A stretch of DNA of 64,000 bases, from positions 225,745 to 289,744 of the forward strand of contig CBFFRP010000234.1 of assembly GCA_965644295.1 (NCBI GenBank). The letters run 5' to 3'. The DNA comes from Paraphysomonas bandaiensis. Taxonomy: Eukaryota > Protista > Chrysophyceae. The translations under genes and the position numbers were made by a program. The stretch's first letter is position 1. Every line of letters begins with the position of its first letter. The notes below the pieces were generated by a model. It searched no databases and was not told the origin of the DNA. It was given only the letters and a program-made list of their open reading frames with translations. This document shows, piece by piece, positions 40,004 to 50,479 of the stretch.

Positions 40004-42321
40004 ATGGGCCTCCGACTCATTGATGTTATCTTGTTCCTTGGTCTTGTGAGTACAGGTGCAGGCACAGGAGCAGTAGGTGTTCGTCCCTCTAAGAAGACGT
40101 GGGCCAGAGAGGCCTTTGCTGCCATTAAGAGTGATGGATCTGTTGTGGCATGGGGACGAAGTGAAGGTGGTGGAGACACATCATCAGTCTCGCATCTACT
40201 GCAGTCTAATGTCACCACTATAGCCAGCACGGCGAGTGGATTTGCAGCGTTAAAGTCAGATGGGAGTGTTGTGTCATGGGGAACCTATGCGGACACGTCC
40301 TCAATTGCCGCGCAGCTCACATCTGGAGTTTCAGAGATAATTGCCAATGGATGGGCGTTCGCTGCGCATAAAAATGACAGCAGTGTTGTTGTATGGGGCC
40401 AGAGTAGCCGTGGAGGGAGTTTTAACTATGGCTCCTCATCTCTAGCCACTTCTGGGGTAGTTGAAGTGTATGGGTCGAGCGATTCGTTTGCGGCTCTCAA
40501 AGACGATGGATCAGTATTTTCATGGGGCTTTGGCGAACGGGGAGGGGATTCATCCTCTGTAGCGAGCGAGCTCACCTCTGGAGTGCTCCATATAGTACCG
40601 AGCAGATACGCATTTGCTGCAATGAAGGCAGGTGGATATGTTATATCATGGGGATGGGGTGGGGACTACACTCCCGTGGCTTCGCAATTATCTGCCAATG
40701 TAACGGCAATATATCACACCAGTCTGGCATTCGCCGCGGTTAAATCCGATGGTAGTGTGGTGTGTTGGGGTCTTGAAACTTTTGGCGGTAATTCAAGCGC
40801 AGTAGCTCATCAACTGACATCTGATGTCGTCACTGTATATGGGACGCATTATGCTTTTGCCGCGCTTAAATCCAATGGGTCTGTTGTGACATGGGGTCGA
40901 GATAGTTTTGGGGGAAGTCCAAGCACAGCAGTGCAGGAGCAAATCAGTGCCAATGTGGTCTCCATATTTACCGCGCAAGAAGCGTTTGCTGCACTGAGGG
41001 TGGACGGGAGCGTGGTCGCGTGGGGTGGAATTGGCGGTACAATTTCTGGGTCAGTATCGGATGAGCTCACATCTGGGGTGATTGGTATATGGAATGATAG
41101 AATTGCCTTTGCAGCGTTAAAAGATTCTGGTACTGTTGTTACATGGGGTGGCGTAGGAGGTGATAGCTCCTCAGTGTCTTCTCTCTTAAATAATGTCTGT
41201 ACTATCCACGGCACCTACAGAGCATTCGCAGCACTTAAAACGAATGGTAGTGTCGTAACCTGGGGTCACAGTTCCAACGGCGGGGATTCGTCAGCAGTTG
41301 CCAGCCAACTAACTAGTGATGTAGTAACGGTCTATGGAGAGGAAAGCGTCGGTGAAGTACCCGACAGTTGTCCACGGTGGTTATTGACTTCGAGTCCCAC
41401 TAGCAAACCTTCTCAACAGCCCACTACTCAGCCCACGTCATTAGTAGTACACAATGCCTTCGCGTGTGTCACAGCGAATAATTCTGATGCCTCCTTTGTG
41501 ACCTACACGTGTACGTACCTGTCATGAGTTACATTTTGTTGTATTATGTATTCAGTATTATGATATCCTGAAATTATCTTATGCAGTGTTTACCTGTATC
41601 TTGCACCGATTATTGTACTCATGATTTGTATTGCTTATCCAGACAATGGAAAGGAAATAATTCCTATCGGTAGAACCAGCACTCGATCCCAGTTAATGAT
41701 TCCAAGTAGAGATATAGATTATACGAGTGGTGTTCAGATTATTGGGGATGGCGTTACTTTGATAAATGGGTTACCAGGTAATGTTTATGTTGATACGAGT
41801 GAATTGTCGTATTAATGGAATAATGTTTTGTTCAGTGTATACATGTTTTTAAGTACACGAACACTGTAGCTGACTTCGTTATATGCAGCCATGCAATTGA
41901 TATGGGCATTGGATGAAGAGGTCTTGAGTGAACCACATTCGTGCAGCGATATCATATGGCTTGCAGAAAAGTCCACTCATGAAGTTAATGGTATTGTACT
42001 ATCAGGTACGTTACTGGTGATATATTTTAATTTCGATTGCGTGCTGCCTATGCCGATGCGTTACTTCGAATAGTTACCTCACAACTGTTTTTCATATAGA
42101 TACCGCGTCTAGATACCTATACTTTCGAGAAAGTGGCCTTTCAGGTCGTTGGTCTCTACAGGCAATGTTAGATATATCTAATGATGAATACATACATGGA
42201 ACAACGGATTCGTACTATGGAGTAATCGGTAGGCAATTGGTATATTGTCCATGCTTTTCTGTTGATGTTACTTTGAATTAATATATGCTTACTCTGATTT
42301 TGTGTAGAGATTAAACTGTAG
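40004..42321 (+). CDS. Secreted RCC1/BLIP-II-like repeat protein with PT linker and spliced C-terminal domain (3' exons approximate)
   Basis: Signal peptide, ~10 repeats of AFAA(L)KxDGSVVxWG...GGDSS, PTSKPSQQPTTQPT linker, several small downstream GT-AG exons. Confidence 0.8.
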
Positions 42322-42556
42322 GTTTTTAGTGTCTGTGAACTACGAAAAGAATGGAGTGATTTAACCGTCCTTACTCGGTTATGTAGATAGATGTATCAGC
42401 AATCACATATTTTCTGTACCTTGAAATGCTATCTTGTTTGTATTGAACTGTGTTTTGTTTGAATTATGAAAACACTGTTGGTTTCGATCTTGTTAGTGAT
42501 ATTGGGAAGCATGGTAAATAAATACATTTTATTTAATGCGTATAGTCTATCAATGT

Positions 42557-42660
42557 CAGGGCTGCGTAACAATTAATTGCAATTTAATTGCTAATGATTT
42601 TTTGCAATTAAATTGCAATTATTAGTTATAGCTCGCGCAATTATAATTGCAATAACTCAT
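42557..42660 (+). mobile_element. Solo hAT-like terminus
   Basis: cagggctgcgtaaca is identical to the terminus at 33704 and is followed by AATTGC subterminal repeats. Confidence 0.7.
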
Positions 42661-42929
42661 TTCTCTGCTAGAACATATCTTGTTGGGAGAGTCATAGGGA
42701 TATTGTTAGAAGGATATGATCCTTCCCGCTTCTTGTAACACATTCCATGAAAGAACGATGCAAGTTATATTCCATCCTTCGACTGCTGCAGACATAATGA
42801 TGTCAGTGCAAGCGATCTAGCTTCATAACCAGGGCTTCGAATAACTTCAAGAATATTAAAGGAGAGTTTAAAAGCCATACTTGATGCTGTATAGGTAGTT
42901 AAGGGAAGTACAACCCAGCTCTCTCATAC

Positions 42930-42933
<4 letters not shown>

Positions 42934-42962
<29 letters not shown>

Positions 42963-43004
42963 TGTATGTATGTATGTATGTATGTATGTATGTATGTATG
43001 TATG
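42934..43004. repeat. (TATG)n microsatellite
   Basis: About 17 TATG units. Confidence 0.95.
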
Positions 43005-43469
43005 AAAGTTTAAATCAACACTCACACTCTGATCAATAGTTATGGTCCCTGCCGGAATATACTCGGACAGGTATACGGTTTCACTGATGTAGATGTCTGT
43101 GCTATCAGTGTTGTCAGGAGTGCGGCGTGTGGTAAGAAGTTTCTCACACATATTTCTCGAAGCTCTGTTATCGTTGTGGTCTTGATACCATGGGTCTCCA
43201 TGCCTGCAAAAACCATTACGAATGCAGGCAATATACGTTTTCTCCAAGCTTTTTTTTACAGTGCTGGTGATTGTTCGTCAGGCTTGTTAGGTATTGCTTC
43301 CACTATTGATAACAGTGACGGATTCTCATTTACAAGTGGACAAACTGTTTCACTTAATACCAGCTCTATCTATCAACTTGCAGATAATCAAGGGATTACA
43401 ACAGGGGATATTGCTTGTATGCAGCTTTCCATTAATGGCGGGAATCAGGCGGCAGCAGGAGCTAATTGA

Positions 43470-44115
43470 GCCAAACCTCACACCTGATAACAGTGAATGA
43501 AATGCGAGATCTAGTGGGTGCTTTCCGATATTATGTGCCATACGATATTCAATTTGGGCTCGTTAAAAGTAAACAGAATGGTACCGTTGCATCTCTACTG
43601 ACCGCCGCGGAGACAACAATGGCGCATGACTTTGCAGTCGTCGGGGTAACGGAGCGTATGGAGTCCCTTATGGCTCTTATGTCTTGTAAATACGGAATTC
43701 CCCTTAAGGATACTTGCAACAGGTACATAACTAGGTCGTCCGAGCGATTCGAATTAAAGAAGACTGTTTTTGGTGAAAATATTACTCCGCCTGCATCAAA
43801 AGTCTTCCTGATATAGGGTCCTAAACTAATATTATAGGGTCCTGAGTGGGCAATGCATGTAGTTCTGGTACTATAGACACGTAGATAGGGCATAGGAAAT
43901 GCCACGTGGTCACAGTCTTTTCAGCAGATGTTTTAGATTTCTTGAAATCCCATTTCAAAAACGACGTAGCACTCTGGGGCCTGGCGTTGGAATTGCATAA
44001 GAAACAGTTAGCAGCTTTAGGCCATAGTATAGAATCAGCCACCTGTATGTGGAGAAGTGTATGCAGAGACGGATTCGAAAAAGTGGATCATGGAAACAAA
44101 TTTGTGATGCAGTAA
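43470..44115 (+). pseudogene. 3' fragment of a Golgi sulfotransferase-like gene (Gal3ST/Sulfotransfer_2-like)
   Basis: FAVVGVTERMESLMALM and DVALWGLALELH resemble sulfotransferase C-terminal motifs; no PAPS-binding N-terminal part is visible upstream. Confidence 0.5.
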
Positions 44116-44734
44116 GGATTGAGGATATGCATTGCTATATACGGTATGCATAGACATCTGCCGCGACTAACATTAATGCTTGGTCTTCAGTCATCTGGTA
44201 TTTTAAGCAAAGAATACCGGCGATGTTGCATGTTGTAATAATATTGAACTACAGATAATAAAGTGTAATTAACTCATTAGAATCGAACTCATCCTTTTTA
44301 TTTTCTGAGTGTATGAATCGATAGTCGCGATGTGTCTGCTGCGGTCCATACCCCACCCCCGAAGAAGAGAGTGTCATCAAATGTGGGTGTGTCACCCAAG
44401 AAACGAACGAGGGGGTGTCGTCACCCCCGATAAAAACAAACCAACCGCAATCACTTGCCGCTAAAGCATGTAAGAATTTCTTACTTTAATGTATGTTACA
44501 CACATAGAGAGAAGGGGCTTCGACCCTGTGCCCTGTTACCGTGACCGTAGATACTGGAATATACACTGTTAATATACACTTACTATGCCCCTATGGTATT
44601 ATAGTGTATATACTTACAATAATATATTTCATTTTATTGACATTTTAATAAAATAGAATTTATAAAAAATATTTTACAAAATATATATATATTTCCAAAA
44701 AAAGTGTTAACTCAATAAATAATACTATACTTAT

Positions 44735-46242
44735 CAGGGCCATTCTCGGCAATTATAATGGCATTAATGAAAAATATCCCGGCAATTATAATGGCCATTA
44801 ATACCTACTAACTTAAAGTAGATAGCACCACTCATATAATAGATAGTGTTGTGCTCCCTTAATTACTAATTTTAGTTAAATAGAAGACTACAAATTTTAA
44901 CTACTTCTCGCTCTCTATTGGCACATCAGGATCTTCTTACAGGGCTTCATGGAGGGTATAAAAATCCCACAACATGTAATTGGCTCGTAGAAATAGCAAC
45001 GATTCTCGACGATATGGATTCATGTTTCTACGCTCAGGGGACATAATCAACTTTGCACGACTATAAAGAGCCTCTCAACAACATTAGATTGTGCTTCAAT
45101 ATGAAGCAAGCAGCAGTAGTTGGACTCATAGGTACCAAGTCGAGCTCTCTTGTGGTGACTTCGGCGCTGTCCAGAACACGCTGTGCAAAATCAGTTCCTT
45201 CACTCTCGTTATAATGGCATTAATGAAAAATATCCCGGCAATTATAATGGCCATTAATACCTACTAACTTAAAGTAGATAGCACCACTCATATAATAGAT
45301 AGTGTTGTGCTCCCTTAATTACTAATTTTAGTTAAATAGAAGACTACAAATTTTAACTACTTCTCGCTCTCTATTGGCACATCAGGATCTTCTTACAGGG
45401 CTTCATGGAGGGTATAAAAATCCCACAACATGTAATTGGCTCGTAGAAATAGCAACGATTCTCGACGATATGGATTCATGTTTCTACGCTCAGGGGACAT
45501 AATCAACTTTGCACGACTATAAAGAGCCTCTCAACAACATTAGATTGTGCTTCAATATGAAGCAAGCAGCAGTAGTTGGACTCATAGGTACCAAGTCGAG
45601 CTCTCTTGTGGTGACTTCGGCGCTGTCCAGAACACGCTGTGCAAAATCAGTTCCTTCACTCTCGTTCTCGTTATTTATGTCGGGTACACCAACCTCCATG
45701 GATGAATCCAGTTGCAAATGTCTAACTGCTCCCTTTCATCGTTTCCTTGAATTTTAGCCACTGCCTTCTCAAAATTTGCACTGGCAACAATGCTTGCATT
45801 CGGGGAAAGGTATGGATGCAGCTCTGGAGATTCTTGTAGCAGCATATCAAATAACTGGTGGGCTTGGTACATATTGGTTCCATCTCTTCCGAACATACTT
45901 ATTCTCCACGATAGAAAATGGTTCGTCGTTCATAACTATCCATTCCAGCCACCAAAATAAGTTCCTTGCAGCAGGAGATACTTTCTTTCTTACAAAAGAC
46001 AATAAATCGCCCCCGTGAAGTCTCTCACTTCCCAGAATTCTCTCGAGTTCCTCTCGCCAAGAAAAATCCGCATGTTTGGTGCCCTTCTTGGCTATATGAT
46101 TCACACAACTCGTGTAGCCTCGCTTTATATCCTGTTTAAGGCGATCATTGCACAAAGAACATATATGATACAGAGGGTTCTCTGATTCCACTCGGAAGAA
46201 GACTCTATAAAGAATTACACTGCCATCAGTTGTTTTGGCCAT
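44735..46242 (-). mobile_element. Internally deleted hAT-like transposon with BED-finger transposase remnant
   Basis: Terminus cagggc at 44735; BED-like CSLC...GYTSCVNHI...H; WLEWIVMNDEPFSIVEN; FEKAVAKIQ; frameshifted SNVVERLF/SRAKLIM...LLFLRAN. Confidence 0.85.
44755..45666. repeat. Tandem duplication, 2 x 456 bp
   Basis: 44755-45210 repeats at 45211-45666; offset of 456 checked at two anchors. Confidence 0.95.
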
Positions 46243-46736
46243 CGTCGTTGCTTAATATGCTGTATGGTATAAATACAGAGTATAATTACTTCGCTTAGTT
46301 GTGTCCTGTAGCTTCTTTCAACTTTGGGGAAAAATAGTGTTTTTATGAAGGTGAAATATGCATATTTTCAATTATTATTTTAGAGTTTTTGTTTATATAT
46401 GTGTACGTTGCTATGCATATTGCTCAGGAAACTATTCTTTAACTCTAGAATGCATAACTATTGACAGCCTAACTAATCACCGCATTTGACAGTCTAGTGA
46501 GTGCTGCTGAGTGTTGCGACCGCGCACCTGTACCTATGTACACATTGATTACTTCAGCGCTTCCCCACTCGGGTTCTCACTGCATATTCAGCGCTAAAAA
46601 CTGTGTGATAGTGATGTAGCCAGTTGGTTTCAGTTGGTAGCTAGCAAATAACATATGGAACTTAATCAAGTATTAGTTAGGCCCCCACCCGGCTCTCCCT
46701 AAGTATGCGCTCAGAATGGAGCACATTCAAATAATT

Positions 46737-47390
46737 CTACTGCTCTCTCACAGAAAAGTCTTCGATAGTCTCTTCATCGCTATAGTCAAACCTGAGTAGA
46801 TATCAGTGTTGGGGACAACTTAACACAACGATATACCTTCCAATAAACTTTTTACCCGCTAATAGTAAAGGTAACCAGTACTTATCATCTGGCCACATTG
46901 AATCATATGGAATATTGCTCTCATTGAACCATTGAGGTCTCATTTCAGATGACTCGCTAGGTTCACCAGAGAACTCCCACGTTTCAAAAACATGTACCTG
47001 CGGGATTTACGTCTATTTATGGCCAATCCTAAATAAAATATTACTCACTTTCATCAATTTGTTTGACTCTTCCATACTAAAAACCAGATATCCCTGTCTA
47101 GATAACGCTGATGAGGTTACAGAGCACTCTTCCTCCAGCTCTCTGCATATAAAGGGACACTTAGCATCTCTATGTGTCACGATTGGTGCACATGCAGCTA
47201 TATCAGCATACCTCAAAGCAGCTGCTTCATTAGACTCGCCTTCTTCTAGTTTTCCTCCGAATCCATTCCATTTGCCTACTCCGAACCCTCTCTTCTTCAT
47301 TCCCAGCAGCACCTCCTGATCGCCATTGCTCAGTTTGCGCCGACAGAACACCAGTGTATACTCCTTTTCTTCCTGTGGAGGCGATTCCAT
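46737..47390 (-). CDS. NUDT1: 8-oxo-dGTP diphosphatase MTH1-like Nudix hydrolase, 4 exons
   Basis: YTLVF...VLLGMKKRGFGVGKWNGFGGKLEEGESNEAAAL|RELEEE, EMRPQWF, IPYDSMWPDDKYWLPLL. Confidence 0.92.
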
Positions 47391-47633
47391 AACACTCTTA
47401 TAAAATGATGTGAATGTTTAAGTCTATTTTCTGATCCTCGACTGTTGCATGTCGATAAGTGGGGATGGGATACTGTATGCAATCCTCCTGTTGCATACAA
47501 TCAAAATACACTCATAGAAATACACTGTTGCTGTGTAGGCATAGGAATATCTAGATATCGATAATGATCTATAAAAAACAACGATTTTTGAATTGATTTC
47601 CAAAAAATAATAAAATGCAGCACAAAAAAGAGT

Positions 47634-47707
47634 AGCCTTCAGAGAGGCTCGAACTCTCGACCTTACGCTTACTAAGCGCATGCTCTAGCCAACTGAGCTA
47701 TGAAGGC
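47634..47707 (-). tRNA. tRNA-Thr(AGT), copy 1
   Basis: GCCTTCATAGCTCAGTTGGCTAGAGCATGCGCTTAGTAAGCGTAAGGTCGAGAGTTCGAGCCTCTCTGAAGGC: cloverleaf, A/B boxes, AGT anticodon, downstream T-run. Confidence 0.95.
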
Positions 47708-47779
47708 ACATGATACATACATCTCAAAAATTATATTATATATAACTTTACTATATTAAACAGAATAAGAAAAAAAGAC

Positions 47780-47853
47780 AGCCTTCAGAGAGGCTCGAAC
47801 TCTCGACCTTACGCTTACTAAGCGCATGCTCTAGCCAACTGAGCTATGAAGGC
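47780..47853 (-). tRNA. tRNA-Thr(AGT), copy 2
   Basis: Identical to copy 1; T-run terminator. Confidence 0.95.
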
Positions 47854-47931
47854 ACATGATACATACAACTCGAAAATTATATTATATATAACTTTACTAT
47901 ACTGATAGGATATAAAGTAGAAAAAAAAGGC

Positions 47932-48005
47932 AGCCTTCAGAGAGGCTCGAACTCTCGACCTTACGCTTACTAAGCGCATGCTCTAGCCAACTGAGCTATG
48001 AAGGC
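47932..48005 (-). tRNA. tRNA-Thr(AGT), copy 3
   Basis: Identical to copy 1; T-run terminator. Confidence 0.95.
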
Positions 48006-48135
48006 AGATTCCTGCGGGAAGGTTTTATTTTGCGTTATATAAGTGAAATATATTGCACTTATGTGTTTAGGTCTGTTGCGTTGTTTACATGACAGATGCA
48101 GTAAATCATATGAGCACTCACATATATTGGAGCCG

Positions 48136-49466
48136 ATGACAATTACTTTCATCTGTTGTCGTTGTATTCTGGTATGGGTTGTGTGGTTGAGCTCTCCAGT
48201 GCACTCAACTATTCGTAACGGTCTTGACCGGAGTGCAGATAGCGACTATCTGATACTGAGCACAGCGCCCTCATCATTGAACTCATCTCTGATTGGTGTC
48301 TATACTAAAACATATCTCCAGAAAGAAGATTATATATGTGAACTGCGCGGACATGCTGTTCCGACGACATCACTGAACTCTTTTGACCTGAGCGATATAA
48401 TCAGTTTCAAGTTGTTTCGAGCAGATGGACAGAATTTTACACTCGTAGAAGACACTTTGTGTTCAAAGATTCAGATGTGCGCTCACCCTAGTGGAATTTT
48501 ACCTACGTCATGTGAGGTGAATGCCATATTAGCCGCTTTAGATACTGGGAAGCTTTTCGTTATTGCTATACATGATATTTCTCCTGGAAGTGAGTTATTC
48601 ATTCCTTATAACGAGTAAGAGCATTCAATAGCGCGTTTAGCTTACAGGTTTTCATTACATGTCCAGGGAATATGTTAATATATACCCCGAATTCGACCCT
48701 AGTTGTCACTACAGTGAGAAGGGATGTGTTGTATCCGAGGTAGAATATGAAATGCTGGAATCACTAGGTGTGTTGGACACTGATTACTTATCCATTTTTT
48801 TGGCTCCGTCGTTGCTGCCTGTACAAGGGGCAGGATTGGGTGTTTTTGCAAGACACAATATTCCAGCGGCAAGAGTGGTTTGCGTAACCCGTGGTAAGGT
48901 CTATAATGCACGTGATAAGCCACATAGTTCTAGACTAACTCCGATTATTGACGTCAATGGCGAAGGATATGTTATAAATATGGATAATGCGTGTGGTTAC
49001 ATGAATGACATTGTGGCTGCTGAAGATATTATATTTTCTAAAGAAATGCTGGCATCTTATTACAGCGGAAAGGAAACACTCCCAACTCTTCCCGCATTTA
49101 CTCGATCTGTTGGTCAGGCCCTGTATTCCTTTAAGCTTATGATTATTACCATCGTAGATGTGGCAGCTGGAGCCGAATTATTCAATAACTACGGGGTGTA
49201 AGTTTGTGTTCTGTCACATTGTTGTATAGATTTCAATGTTTGGGCACACCATTGAGTTTAACAGCACTCTGCGTACCATTGATTCACGGTTTATTTGCCA
49301 CATAATATTTTGTGTGTTACTGACCATGCTGTATATACTTTCAATGCATTAAGTTTGATAGGGTTTATCCATATTAATGTGTTTGTTGCGTAGGAACTAC
49401 TGGCTATATTATAAAGCCACCCAAGATCCCTCGAATGAAGTTAATATTACTTTCGTATCATCGTAG
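48136..49466 (+). CDS. Signal-peptide protein with two tandem SET-like domains, 3 exons
   Basis: IGVYTK...ICELRG...IAIHDISPGSELFIPY and GAGLGVFAR...VCVTRG...GYMND...DVAAGAELFNNYGV|NYW; hydrophobic N-terminus ending PVHS. Confidence 0.75.
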
Positions 49467-49640
49467 GCTAGGTGCCTATTAAACCTGTCATGAACAATGA
49501 GATAACATGAATAGGTAATAGCCTTGTATTTCACTACGGTCTACACTACTATGTGATTTTGTAAATGAATTTAAATTGTCTTTTTTATAATAATATTGTA
49601 CAGTGTTAGTAAATTACCTTCGAAAACGTACCAATTTCCA

Positions 49641-49766
49641 TTTGTTCCTACTAATTTTAAACACTCCTACTGAGCCGTATTTAAATTTAGTAGAATCGAA
49701 TAAAATTCTTAACTTAATAGGGATGTCGTAGGCTCAGCTGCCATTTTTAATTTAGTAGGAACAAAT
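49641..49766. repeat. Small MITE-like element (family B) with inverted repeats
   Basis: atttgttcctactaa ... ttagtaggaacaaat, plus inner cctactgagcc / gtaggctcag; related copy near 16.85 kb. Confidence 0.6.
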
Positions 49767-50010
49767 TGAACTTTCCCTTTAAACACTGGAATGGAGATTG
49801 AGTAACTCATTACACACCGAAATAGGACACACCATCTCGGATACTGTTAACAATCGTTGCTGCATCTCCCTGTGAAGTACAAGTCACTCTTTGGGCCAGC
49901 ATATCCACAGCTAAGGTATGTTTACGTACTACGTACCGGCAAGGTAACTTTCGTAGGAAATTGGTGTGTGTTTGCCAAAACTCTGGATGTGCCTGCATGC
50001 GACTGTTTAG

Positions 50011-50479
50011 TAATGAATGTCTTATTACTAGCAATAGGCCTGTCAGAGTCAGAACTAATGTAGCAAAACAATTTAACTAACCAGTGCTTAACTCTGATAT
50101 CCTACTATTCAACGCTACGAAAGCTGCTTGGCGTAACCGCAAGCACCAAGGTGCAACCACTTTTGCTCTACCACTCAAAGCAAACACAGTGAGCAAGCAG
50201 AATGTTGATATAAATGTTGATATACCTGTCATCTCCTAACTTCAGGATTTTGAGTCCTTAAGGTGAACAGCCCGGATACTTGACTTCAGCAGGCAGCCCA
50301 ATAACCCGGGGGGCCCTGAGGTGGGCCCATTCCCGGATGCCTGTTTAATCGTCAAGGCCCAAAGACGTCTACAAAAGCATTTGACTATGAGTGGCAGAAT
50401 GTTAACTGCTTTCTATGTTTGCGGCTCACGTCAGCTCCCCGGAGAAATACCGCAGGTACTTATCCCCCAGAACACCACA
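50011..50479 (-). repeat. Dispersed repeat family A, most complete copy 4
   Basis: Reverse complement aligns by eye with 8714-9147 and with the 3' parts of copies 1 and 3. Confidence 0.85.

Noticed and set aside
46700-46725. Second TIR of the 44.7-kb hAT element (cagaatggagc)
   Set aside because: Only a partial match to the expected gagaatggccctg, and no TSD
47634-48005. Repeat-spacer array or SINE cluster
   Set aside because: The repeats are complete tRNA-Thr genes with terminators, and the spacers are related to each other
50060-50160. Hammerhead ribozyme in repeat family A
   Set aside because: ctgatatc...cgaaa lacks the CTGANGA core, and I could not build the three stems
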